This document shows, piece by piece, positions 28,620-37,858 of a stretch of DNA of 64,000 nucleotides. The stretch comes from Methylotuvimicrobium sp. KM2 (lineage in GTDB: Bacteria > Pseudomonadota > Gammaproteobacteria > Methylococcales > Methylomonadaceae), in the NCBI RefSeq assembly GCF_038051925.1, contig NZ_CP150634.1, positions 2,373,758 through 2,437,757 of the forward strand, in the 5' to 3' direction. The notes under the pieces are model-generated. The model had not been told where the DNA came from, ran no database searches, and worked only from the letters and a program-made list of their open reading frames with translations. Both the position numbers and the translations under genes were made by a program. Numbering within the stretch: position 1 is the first letter of the stretch; every line of letters begins with the position of its first letter.

Positions 28620-29546
28620 TTAATGGCATTTTGAAATATCGACTCCGGTTTTTTCGAGAATTGCCCGGCGTAATTTTTCCGCTTCCGCTACTTTCTGCAT
28701 TAAGTCGGGTTCCGGGCAATGCTTTCCTCTGAATCGCTTAATTCCGCCCGTTTTTCTTTCGTTGATAACCTCGACAATCGTTTTCCAGCCAATCTCCTTA
28801 GTATCGTTGGCGAATGCAAAAACCATTGCTAAGTCGCATATATTGTTGATTAGGCGCGGGACGCCGGCGCTGTAATAGAAAATGGCCGCGCAAGCCGATT
28901 GGTTGAATATTTTGGTTTGGCTGCCGGCGGTTTGCAAGCGATGGTCAATGTAAAGTTCGGTTTCTTCAAAATTAAGGGGAGTCAGGTGGTACTCGATCGA
29001 AATACGCTGAGCGAACTGAATCAACTGTGGTTCGTTGAGTTTATCCACGAGCTCAGGTTGACCGATCAAAATCAACTGGAGCATAATTTCTTGCTGGACA
29101 TTAATATTGGAAAGTAGTCTAAGCTCTTCCAGTGTTTCAATTTCCATGTTCTGAGCTTCGTCGACAATCAGCACGACGCGCCGCTTTTTGCGGGCTTGTT
29201 CACTAATGAATTTGACGAATAATTGGTAGCGCTCTGCTTTGGATTTTGTTTCGTGACTAATGTCGAACGCAGCTAACACCCAGGTCAACAAATCACCGAA
29301 AGCACTATGAGTATTGGTAATAACGCCGACGGTGCACTGATCCTTGATTTTATTTAACATGCTTCGAATCAGTGTGGTTTTACCGGAACCGATTTCACCG
29401 GTTATTACAGTAAAGCCGGCGTGACTCATCAAGCCGTACTGCAAGGTGCTTAAAGCTTTTCGATGCTTCGAACTTAGGTATAAGAATTCCGGGTCGGGAA
29501 TCAATGAGAATGGCTTTTTTTTAAGACCGAAGAATTTTGTGTACAT
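28620..29546 (-). CDS. ExeA/MshM-like AAA+ ATPase (general secretion pathway protein A family).
   Basis: It has Walker A GEIGSGKTTLIRSM and Walker B VLIVDEAQNM. Confidence 0.7.
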   Translation of the reverse strand: MYTKFFGLKKKPFSLIPDPEFLYLSSKHRKALSTLQYGLMSHAGFTVITGEIGSGKTTLIRSMLNKIKDQCTVGVITNTHSAFGDLLTWVLAAFDISHETKSKAERYQLFVKFISEQARKKRRVVLIVDEAQNMEIETLEELRLLSNINVQQEIMLQLILIGQPELVDKLNEPQLIQFAQRISIEYHLTPLNFEETELYIDHRLQTAGSQTKIFNQSACAAIFYYSAGVPRLINNICDLAMVFAFANDTKEIGWKTIVEVINERKTGGIKRFRGKHCPEPDLMQKVAEAEKLRRAILEKTGVDISKCH

Positions 29547-30627
29547 TTAGATTTCTCATTCAAGCTGAATTGATTGCGGTATTAGATTCAGCAAAACTTA
29601 AGTAACGTTAAAAATATAGAATACTTAAATAACAGTTGCATTTTGCTGGTTGCCCGTCAATGTATGAGTGTCGTCATGTACTTAGCGTCATTTAATGGAT
29701 AAGAAATTTTTTGTCATTCAAAGATCTTTGAAAATAAGTTTAAAAATTGAGTTGCCCATTATAACTGAAATAATCATCCGAAGTAGTTTCGTTAACCCAG
29801 CTTTAACAAGTGTAGTGCCTACCGCCTATGCTATTGAAATATAATAATTAAAAATCATGCCAAATTTAACTTTGTAGTGCCATAAAATTAATTATTGCAT
29901 ATTATTCAATAACCTATTGACGCGCAATGTTAAGGCTGGGTTAAAGTTGTACCAGCAATTCCCAATTTGAGAATAAAAATAGGTGCGGAGTGTGCTTAGC
30001 GGGATTACGGCGTTCCTCGACAGGCATACCCCGCACCCTGAACACGAAGAAATTTCTTAAACTGGGAATTGCTGAAGTTGTAAGGGTTTGCCGAGCCTTC
30101 ATATTAGCAGAGGAATTGTTGATATCTACTCCTGTCAGCCTGAAATGTCGCGAAGTTAGAGGATTTGTCTGCCGAGGACCGTAGGAAATCCATGAAGGTT
30201 TAGCGTCAACCTGATTGGTATGGAAGGAGTGAATCAACCCAGCGCCTTTTAAATTATTAGACGTTTTTTCGTTCAAATCTTAATGAGTAGCTACTCTCTT
30301 TGATTGAAAAACCGTGTGATAATAATAGTTATGGGGTGTGTTTATCGAGGACCGCCGTTCACCCAGCACCTAAATATTCAAGATAATTAACCATGACCAA
30401 TGAACTATGGATTTCGTAATAAATAACGTCCTGGAACTATGATCCTAGAAAAAGCATTTCACCATGAAGATCATGAAGAATAGGAGGTTAATTCAATAGC
30501 TTATTACGCGTTTGTATAGAACTTTCGCTCAGCAAAAAGGTTAGCGAAAAGGATTTGTTAAGTTCTTGGAATCCTTAATGAACTTCATGTGCTTCATGGT
30601 TAAACTGCCGAATTCAGGATGATCCTG

Positions 30628-30832
30628 AGGGTTCGGTCACTCGCTTGGCAGGACGCCGTGAACCCAGCACCTAAGCATAGGCGGTAGGCACTACACTTGT
30701 TAAAGCTGGGTTAAAATAGGGAAGTTATTTACGGCCAAAGCCTATGGTATTTAAGTGCTGGCTGAATGGCATCCTTTGACGGGCACCCCGGTCCCGGTGC
30801 CGAGTTTTAATCTTCGATGGGTATGCAATCAA
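30628..30832. repeat. MITE-like composite repeat, copy C.
   Basis: It has the CCCAGCACCTAAGC core plus the CTTTGACGGGCACCCCGGTCCCGGTGCCGAGTTTTAATC module, shared with 62794-62845 and 32617-32668. Confidence 0.5.
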
Positions 30833-31491
30833 TTAAAAAGTTTGGCAATTAACGAAGATAGCGTGTCCAGCAAAACGGGTTCGCTCATTGCGTTTTCGGA
30901 AGTAGGTCTAGGTATTGAAGGAGATTTAACATATTGCTTTCTTTGGTTTTTATGGCGAATTTTTTGTTCATGTAGTAGTAATCCGCCCGCTTTTTTCCAT
31001 TCCATCAAGTGCGTAATTTCCCCATTATCGAGCCATATTCCGTGTGCATTGCATCGGTCGATGACGACGCCGCTTCGATGACCGTAATTAATGCGACGCA
31101 TGAAGGCATCGCATACAGGACATTTGATGTATTTAACTTTTTTGCTGTGTGCTTGATAACGCTCGACACTGATATTATGAAGCAATTGTTGATTGATACT
31201 GAAAACATTAGAAACCGAGCTTGTTAACAATCGTTCAATCTCGCCGGGGTCGAAAAATAAGCCGAAACAGTGTTCGCAGCGTTCTATCATGAATTCGCCG
31301 AGGCCATCGTCGAGGTCTAAGCCAACCGTGTGTAAAGACTCGGCGCAGTGCGGACATTTTCGTTCCGATTCATGATCGATGGTGACAAAATGATGCTTTC
31401 CATGCAAGTCGACGTCATTTCGCGTACCGCAATAGCGACACAGGTTGGTGTTGGCGAGCAGCGGCGCGGAGCAGCTATGACAGCGTTTCAT
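30829..31491 (-). CDS. Double zinc-ribbon (TFIIB-type/COG3809-like) protein.
   Basis: Two CxxC...CxxC units are present (CHSC...CRYCG; CPHC...CEHC; CPVC...CNAHG). It is co-operonic with the SPFH gene. Confidence 0.5.
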   Translation of the reverse strand: MKRCHSCSAPLLANTNLCRYCGTRNDVDLHGKHHFVTIDHESERKCPHCAESLHTVGLDLDDGLGEFMIERCEHCFGLFFDPGEIERLLTSSVSNVFSINQQLLHNISVERYQAHSKKVKYIKCPVCDAFMRRINYGHRSGVVIDRCNAHGIWLDNGEITHLMEWKKAGGLLLHEQKIRHKNQRKQYVKSPSIPRPTSENAMSEPVLLDTLSSLIAKLFN

Positions 31492-31496
31492 AGGAC

Positions 31497-32504
31497 TTAA
31501 AAACGATCGAGAATTTCTTTTCTTTTATCGGCGTATTCTTGCTCGGAAATCAAGCCGGAATCATGCATCTGTTTTAATTGCGCTAACTTTTGTACCGCTT
31601 CCGAATTACTTTGCGGTTGGCTGGTTTGAACCGGTGTAGCGGTTTGCGCCATGGACTGCCCGAAGCCTAGGCCCGCCCCCATGGCCATGCCGAGTCCTGC
31701 CGCGCCGCCTTCGTTTCTGGCTGCATCGCGCATCGCTTCTAGTTGTTGCAGTTGCGTATAATCGATACCTGCGATTTGCGCGGCATGCGTTTCGGCCGTT
31801 AAGTCGGCAATCCGTTTGATGCGTGTTTGAGTATCGTCATCGAAATCGGTGCCTTCGATGCGAAAATCGGTGATTTCAAAGCCGAGTTTTTGAAAGGCGG
31901 TCGATAATTTGATGTGCATGCCGTACGCGATTTCTTCTCGATTCGCATCGATGTCGGCGTAACTAAAACGGCTTTCGGCAAGATAATCGGCTAAAGGATG
32001 CATGATTCGCGCGGTCATAACCTCGCGAAACTCGTTGATGTAAAAATTGTTATGATTACCGACGACGTTATTGAAAAAATCCTCGGCGTCGAAAATTCGA
32101 TAACTGAAATTGCCGTAGGCTTTCAGTCCTACCGGAAAGTGATACTTCGGATCTTCATATTTGATGGGTGATGTGGTCCCCCATTTTTGATCGAGTATTT
32201 TAGTTTTTCTGAAAAAATAGATCGCAACTTTATGTTCGCTGACAAAAAACTGCATGAATTTTTTAATCGTCGTCCAAAACGGAATGTTCGCTGTATCGAG
32301 CTCGACCAGACAAGGTTCTTGAATGACCGCCTTAACTTTGCCTTCATAAACAAAAATACAGCCTTGTCCTGGCCCGACTATCAATTTTGAAGCATTTTTG
32401 ATTTCATCGCCGTTGTCTGTCCATTGTTCCAGCAGCACGTCCGGACTCGGATTGTTCCATTGGATGACGGAACGGAGTTGCCGTTTTATGCCGTTAAAAA
32501 TCAC
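31497..32504 (-). CDS. SPFH/band-7-like protein (COG4260 virion-core-like family) with a C-terminal SHOCT domain.
   Basis: The C-terminal LAQLKQMHDSGLISEQEYADKRKEILDRF is a SHOCT signature. The N-terminal part fits the COG4260 SPFH-like fold. Confidence 0.55.
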   Translation of the reverse strand: MIFNGIKRQLRSVIQWNNPSPDVLLEQWTDNGDEIKNASKLIVGPGQGCIFVYEGKVKAVIQEPCLVELDTANIPFWTTIKKFMQFFVSEHKVAIYFFRKTKILDQKWGTTSPIKYEDPKYHFPVGLKAYGNFSYRIFDAEDFFNNVVGNHNNFYINEFREVMTARIMHPLADYLAESRFSYADIDANREEIAYGMHIKLSTAFQKLGFEITDFRIEGTDFDDDTQTRIKRIADLTAETHAAQIAGIDYTQLQQLEAMRDAARNEGGAAGLGMAMGAGLGFGQSMAQTATPVQTSQPQSNSEAVQKLAQLKQMHDSGLISEQEYADKRKEILDRF

Positions 32505-32760
32505 GGGGTGTTCCTCGATAGTTTGGTTTGTTTCGCATCAATTTGAACATTCGAATACCTCGAATCATTGTGGGAAAGATATACTTTTCGCACTTCAAAT
32601 TTCGACAGTGACTTCGGAGGGGCCGAGCACCCTGGTGCCGAATTTTGATCTACGAGGGTATATAATAAAATATTTGTAAGCCGATTGATGACGATTACAT
32701 GCTACTTTAAAGTTTTTCGTTATCAATGCTACAAAATTATAGTAAACATCCGGAGGTTAT

Positions 32761-33321
32761 GTGTCGATTAGAAAGTTTAACGAAAAGCAACCTATTTTAG
32801 GCCGCTCGGTTTTGATTGACGAAAGCGCTGTCGTCATTGGCGATGTTGAATTGGGCGACGACGTGTCGGTTTGGCCTTCAACCGTTATTCGAGGCGATGT
32901 AGAGTCGATACGTATCGGCGATGGTACTAATGTACAAGACGGGTCGGTCTTGCATGTTTCACATGCCGGTCCGTTTTCGCCTCAAGGTCATCCTTTAACG
33001 ATCGGTAGAGGCGTTACGATAGGTCATAATGCGGTGGTTCATGCCTGTACCGTCGGCGATTATTGTTTAATCGGCATCGGGGCAATCATTTTGGATGGGG
33101 CGGTTTTAGAAAATTACGTCATGCTCGGTGCCGGTGCGTTGGTGCCGCCCGGCAAAAAGCTCGAAAGCGGATTTCTTTATATCGGCAGTCCCGCCAAGCG
33201 GGTTCGTCCATTGACGGATCGCGAAAAAGAGTTTTTGGAATATTCTTATCAGCATTATATTCAATTGAAAAATGAGCACTTGCAACAAAATACGGTACAA
33301 CCAGCCCAGCACAGTTGCTAA
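32761..33321 (+). CDS. Gamma-class carbonic anhydrase-like hexapeptide-repeat protein (YrdA/PaaY family).
   Basis: Left-handed beta-helix hexapeptide repeats are present (VIGDVELGDDVSVWPSTVIRGDVESIRIGDGTNVQDGSVLH). Confidence 0.8.
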   Translation: MSIRKFNEKQPILGRSVLIDESAVVIGDVELGDDVSVWPSTVIRGDVESIRIGDGTNVQDGSVLHVSHAGPFSPQGHPLTIGRGVTIGHNAVVHACTVGDYCLIGIGAIILDGAVLENYVMLGAGALVPPGKKLESGFLYIGSPAKRVRPLTDREKEFLEYSYQHYIQLKNEHLQQNTVQPAQHSC

Positions 33322-34547
33322 ATGCAATCATGACTCAATCTAACGTTTATAAAGACCTTGCAATCACCCCTGCATATGAAAGTGAGAGGAGGGCGGTCAC
33401 TCGCCCGACAGGACGCAGTGAATCCGTCCCTGTAAGCTTGACGACGGCTATCCCTGCCGCCGACACCTGTCAGTCGAGCAACCGCCCCCCTCTTCAGGCA
33501 GGGAGCCTTCTCAGTAACTTTCAAACTTCCAAAGACGCCTCGGTCATCACATCGAAATCCGATTCAGCATTGCCGAAAATCATAACGCCAAGAAAGTTCT
33601 GCGTTGCCCCGATGCTGGATTGGACGGACCGGCATTGCCGGTATTTTTATCGGTTGCTGTCAAAACATGCTTACTTATATACCGAAATGATTACGACCGG
33701 TGCCTTACTGCATGGCGACCGGAACCGATTTTTACAATACCACCCAGACGAAAATCCATTGGCATGTCAATTGGGTGGCAGTAACCCACAGGATCTGGCG
33801 GCATGCGCTAAAATGGTCGAAGATTACGGCTATCACGAAGTTAACCTGAATGTTGGTTGTCCTAGCGACCGTGTACAAAATGGACGATTCGGCGCATGCT
33901 TGATGGCGACTCCGGAATTAGTTGCCGAATGCTTATCGGAAATGAATCGGGCCGTGTCGATTCCGGTGACCGTCAAATGTCGGATCGGTATCGACAATCA
34001 AGATTCCTATGAAGCGTTGCATCGTTTTATTACCCTGGTCTCCGAAGCCGGGTGCCGGATGTTTATCATTCATGCTAGAAAAGCCTGGTTGAGCGGACTT
34101 TCTCCAAAGGAAAATCGGGAAATTCCGCCGCTACGCTACGATGTTGTATATAGAATCAAAAAGGATTTTCCAAAATTGGAAATCATTTTGAACGGCGGCG
34201 TGCGTTCATTGGATCAAGCGCTTGTGATTAATAACGAGGTCGATGGCGTCATGGTCGGAAGAGAGGTTTATCAGAATCCTTATTTATTAGCCGGGGTCGA
34301 TGAACTGTTTTACCGGGACTTTCATGCAATTAAGAGTCGTGAAGAAATAGTAGAAGCTTTACTTCCTTATGTTGATGAGCAATTAAAACAAGGCGTGCGA
34401 TTGTATTCGATAGCACGGCACCTACTTGGACTTTTTCACGGGGTTCCAGGCGCCAGGTCTTGGCGGCGGCATATTAGCGAAAACGCGACGAAACAGGGGG
34501 TCGATCAAAATACGCTACTCAAGGCATTAGATTTAATATCCCGATAA
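33315..34547 (+). CDS. dusA: tRNA-dihydrouridine synthase A. The annotated N-terminal extension of about 85 aa is probably not translated; the likely true start is the TTG at 33570.
   Basis: [33 protein letters not shown] is near-identical in layout to E. coli DusA [24 protein letters not shown]. The region upstream of 33570 contains a dispersed-repeat fragment. Confidence 0.8.
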   Translation: [410 protein letters not shown]

Positions 34548-34586
34548 GGTATACTGGCCTGCTTTTTTAATTATCGAGAACGAACG

Positions 34587-35129
34587 ATGGAAGAGTATTT
34601 TTCCAAAATTATCGAAGCAGTCGGCGAAGACGTCACCCGGGAAGGTTTGATTGATACGCCTAAGCGGGCATCGGATGCATTCAAGTTTTTGAATAACGGT
34701 TATGAAAAATCCTTGGATGATGTGTTAAACGGGGCTATATTTCAAGCCGATACCGAAGATATGGTTATTGTCAAAGATATAGAGCTGTATTCACTATGTG
34801 AACACCACCTGTTACCCTTTATCGGCAAATGCCATGTCGGTTATCTCCCTCAAGGTAAGGTGCTGGGTCTTTCGAAGGTTGCTCGAATTATCGATATGTA
34901 TGCTAGACGCTTACAGATCCAGGAAAAACTGACTAAGCAGATTGCCGATGCTATCGAGAAATCCATCAATGCCAGAGGTGTTGCGGTGGTCATAGAAGCA
35001 AAACATCTATGCATGATGATGCGCGGTGTCGAAAAACAAAATTCGGTGATGACGACGTCAGTGATGACCGGGATTTTTAGGGAAGAAATCAGTACCCGCT
35101 CGGAGTTTTTGAATTTGATCAATCGTTAA
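34587..35129 (+). CDS. folE: GTP cyclohydrolase I.
   Basis: It has the [18 protein letters not shown] motif and is 180 aa. Confidence 0.9.
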   Translation: MEEYFSKIIEAVGEDVTREGLIDTPKRASDAFKFLNNGYEKSLDDVLNGAIFQADTEDMVIVKDIELYSLCEHHLLPFIGKCHVGYLPQGKVLGLSKVARIIDMYARRLQIQEKLTKQIADAIEKSINARGVAVVIEAKHLCMMMRGVEKQNSVMTTSVMTGIFREEISTRSEFLNLINR

Positions 35130-35174
35130 TGTTTGCCAATAAAGGTAGGCATTGAATACCCGTAGGGTTTTGCA

Positions 35175-35366
35175 ATGAAAGACTACGATAGAAATTGCGC
35201 TGTTTGTAGACTGATGCGCAGTTTAGCGTTTAGCGGGCTCGGCATGGGTATTGGCGGTGGAATCGCTTATCTGTTCGGAGCGTCAAGAGAAACCATCATG
35301 ATGGTCGGAATTGTGACTGCGGCCATTATCGTGTTTGGAATTATCGATAGAAAGAAGAAACCATGA
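35175..35366 (+). CDS. Small membrane protein with a glycine-zipper-like TM segment. It is translationally coupled to the downstream MutS-domain gene.
   Basis: A 63-aa ORF with the hydrophobic stretch GLGMGIGGGIAYLFG...IVTAAIIVFGII. Its stop overlaps the next start (ATGA). Confidence 0.3.
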   Translation: MKDYDRNCAVCRLMRSLAFSGLGMGIGGGIAYLFGASRETIMMVGIVTAAIIVFGIIDRKKKP

Positions 35367-36976
35367 AGTCGACAATATTACAAACTTGGCCTGAAAATTG
35401 GCCGGATACAAGATCAAGCCGGTTTGCCGATGACGAGCAGGGCGTAATCGACGCGGGCGCTTTCAGCGCGATTGAAGTCGATGAGATCTACGATACTTTA
35501 AATCACGCTCAAACTATCGCCGGACAATCGGTTTTATATCGCTCGCTCGCCAAACCGCTCGACTCGATCGAAGCCATCAAAGCGAAGCAAAAAGCGGTCG
35601 AAGCCATAGCGGATGACGCCGAATTGAGACAACAGCTTCAAGGCATTGTTGAACAAGCCTCGAGTCATGAAAAGAATCTGTATTTGTTGTTATACGGAGA
35701 ATTTTTGGGTTCTTTCGGAACAGCACGCGAAGAAAATGAAATCGAAGGCTTCGGCTATCTTCAATACAAGCGTGGCACCCGGTTCATGTTGGACCTAGTT
35801 GATCAAGTTAAGGCCGTGCCTGAAACGCAAAGCGCCTACCTGAATGAGGTATTGGGGCAGATTAAAAACTTTACCGATAGTCGAGCTTACTCACTAATGA
35901 AAGGGCCGGTATTTATCAGCGAGCAAGGTATACAGAGCAAACAGGAACGAAAAGGATCGTGGATCCCGGCGATTATTTTTAAGCCTAATCTCTTTAAACC
36001 CTTATTGATTGCTCTTTTTTTTGGCGTACTTTGGGCGCTTGCGAACTTCTTTCCCACCAACCTGTTTAGTATTTCGAAGGAATCGATACCGGTGGCATCG
36101 ATTTTCTTTGTGCCGCTACTGTTAATTTATTTTCCTATAGTAGGCGGTTTTGATCGGGACAGTTGTATTATTCCGTTACGCAATGAGTTTAAAACTTCGC
36201 AAGCGGTTGGCGAAACCTTAGATGCGCTTGGCCAATTAGATGAATTGCTTGCGTTTATTAAGTTCCGGGAAAGCTTTGGTGGGGATCTTGCTCTTCCGTA
36301 TTTTATCGAAGCCGATCATCATCGTATCAATCTCGTTAATGCGCGCAATCCTGTTCTTGCTTACCGGAATCCGGAATATGTCGGTAACGATTTTCAATTG
36401 GATGATGATAAGCTGGTTTTAGTTACGGGCCCCAACAGCGGTGGTAAAACAGCATTTTGTAAAACGGTCACGCAAATTCAACTATTGGGACAAATCGGCT
36501 GCTATGTACCGGTCAAATCGGCGACTCTAACCGTTGCCGATAAGATTTTCTATCAAGTTCCGGAAATCAGTCATTTGGATGATGGAGAAGGGAGATTCGG
36601 TACCGAGCTAAAACGAACCCGGGATATCTTTTTGGCTACGACAGCTAAAAGTCTCGTAGTGCTCGATGAGCTATCCGAAGGTACGACCTTCGAAGAAAAG
36701 CTCGAGTCGTCTTCCAATGTGCTTGACGGTTTTTACCGAAAAGGCAACAGCACTATTTTAATCACACATAACCATCAATTAGTCGATAATTTTGTCGCGA
36801 AGGGCATTGGCTTGCCGAAACAAGTCGAATTTGCCGGCGGCGCGCCTACCTATAAGTTAATAGAGGGTATATCCAGAGTCAGTCATGCCGATCGGGTAGC
36901 TAAGAAAATCGGGTTTTCCAAGGAAGATATTGACAAATATTTGGCTGATTCGAAAGGTGGTGCCGATAAAACATAA
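35363..36976 (+). CDS. MutS-domain-V ATPase protein with internal transmembrane segments. It has no mismatch-binding N-domain and no Smr domain.
   Basis: It has LVLVTGPNSGGKTAFCKT (Walker A), the TELKRT signature and VVLDELSEGTTFEE (Walker B/D-loop). Hydrophobic helices span residues ~200-260. Confidence 0.6.
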   Translation: MKSTILQTWPENWPDTRSSRFADDEQGVIDAGAFSAIEVDEIYDTLNHAQTIAGQSVLYRSLAKPLDSIEAIKAKQKAVEAIADDAELRQQLQGIVEQASSHEKNLYLLLYGEFLGSFGTAREENEIEGFGYLQYKRGTRFMLDLVDQVKAVPETQSAYLNEVLGQIKNFTDSRAYSLMKGPVFISEQGIQSKQERKGSWIPAIIFKPNLFKPLLIALFFGVLWALANFFPTNLFSISKESIPVASIFFVPLLLIYFPIVGGFDRDSCIIPLRNEFKTSQAVGETLDALGQLDELLAFIKFRESFGGDLALPYFIEADHHRINLVNARNPVLAYRNPEYVGNDFQLDDDKLVLVTGPNSGGKTAFCKTVTQIQLLGQIGCYVPVKSATLTVADKIFYQVPEISHLDDGEGRFGTELKRTRDIFLATTAKSLVVLDELSEGTTFEEKLESSSNVLDGFYRKGNSTILITHNHQLVDNFVAKGIGLPKQVEFAGGAPTYKLIEGISRVSHADRVAKKIGFSKEDIDKYLADSKGGADKT

Positions 36977-37029
36977 AGTGATTATGAGTTGAACTATACT
37001 GATTGTGTGAAATGGTGCTTAGAATTTGG

Positions 37030-37212
37030 TTGAAAATAACTTCCCTATGTTAGGGAGGGTTCGGTAGCTAGATTGGCAGGTCCAGCACCTAAATTTTTAA
37101 CCATAGCCAATAGGCTTGGAATTTAGGCACTGGGCCTGTTCAAACGAGTTACCGAACTCTCAACAAAGCTCATAGTTCCAGAATGTTATTTATCACGAAA
37201 TCCTTAGGTTTA
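37030..37212. repeat. MITE-like hairpin repeat, copy D.
   Basis: TCCAGCACCTAAATTT...GAATTTAGGCACTGGGCC plus a GAGTTACCGAACTCTCAACAAAGCTCATAG tail. It is colinear with copy A. Confidence 0.55.
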
Positions 37213-37272
37213 AGACAATTGTTATGCATACTTTGGACAGATCGTTCGAAATAAAAAAATTGGGAACAAGTC

Positions 37273-37845
37273 ATGCTAAAAAAGATTTTTTTCTATGTAG
37301 CCTTTTTTTTGTTTTCCGAGGTTTTGTCGGCCGATATTTATAAGTATGTTTCGCCCAACGGAAAAGTTTATTATACCGACCGGCCTTCTCATCGATTTTA
37401 TAAGCGAATCATCCGCACCCGTCCTTCGAGTTACAATTGGGCTGTGGGGCGAATGAAAGGTAATAAGCAGAAATATAAAGATATCATTGCGAAAGCGGCA
37501 TCGAAACATCAGGTCGATGAAAAGCTATTGCATGCCGTTATTCAAGCAGAGTCCGCTTACCATGCCCAAGCAATTTCCTCGGCGGGTGCAGTAGGGTTAA
37601 TGCAATTGATGCCCGATACTGCCAAGCGTTACGGCGTTCGAGATCGTACTGATCCGGTGCAAAATATCAATGGCGGTACACGCTATTTGAAGGATTTGCT
37701 AAAGATGTTCAATTCAAATTTAACATTGGCCGTTGCCGCCTATAATGCCGGTGAAGGCGCGGTAAAAAAATATAATAATTCCATTCCTCCTTATCCTGAA
37801 ACCCGTAATTATGTTAAGCAGGTTTTAGCGCTTTATCACAATTAA
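37273..37845 (+). CDS. Lytic transglycosylase (SLT domain) with an N-terminal DUF4124-like segment.
   Basis: It has the catalytic ES motif (AVIQAESAYHAQAIS), GLMQLMPDTA and AAYNAGEGAV. Confidence 0.75.
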   Translation: MLKKIFFYVAFFLFSEVLSADIYKYVSPNGKVYYTDRPSHRFYKRIIRTRPSSYNWAVGRMKGNKQKYKDIIAKAASKHQVDEKLLHAVIQAESAYHAQAISSAGAVGLMQLMPDTAKRYGVRDRTDPVQNINGGTRYLKDLLKMFNSNLTLAVAAYNAGEGAVKKYNNSIPPYPETRNYVKQVLALYHN

Positions 37846-37858
37846 GGCGGGCTCAACG

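Noticed and set aside
29941-30276. A 111-aa ORF within the repeat-rich AT tract.
   Set aside because: It is embedded in nested inverted repeats. It has no ribosome-binding site or homology, and its composition reflects the repeat sequence.
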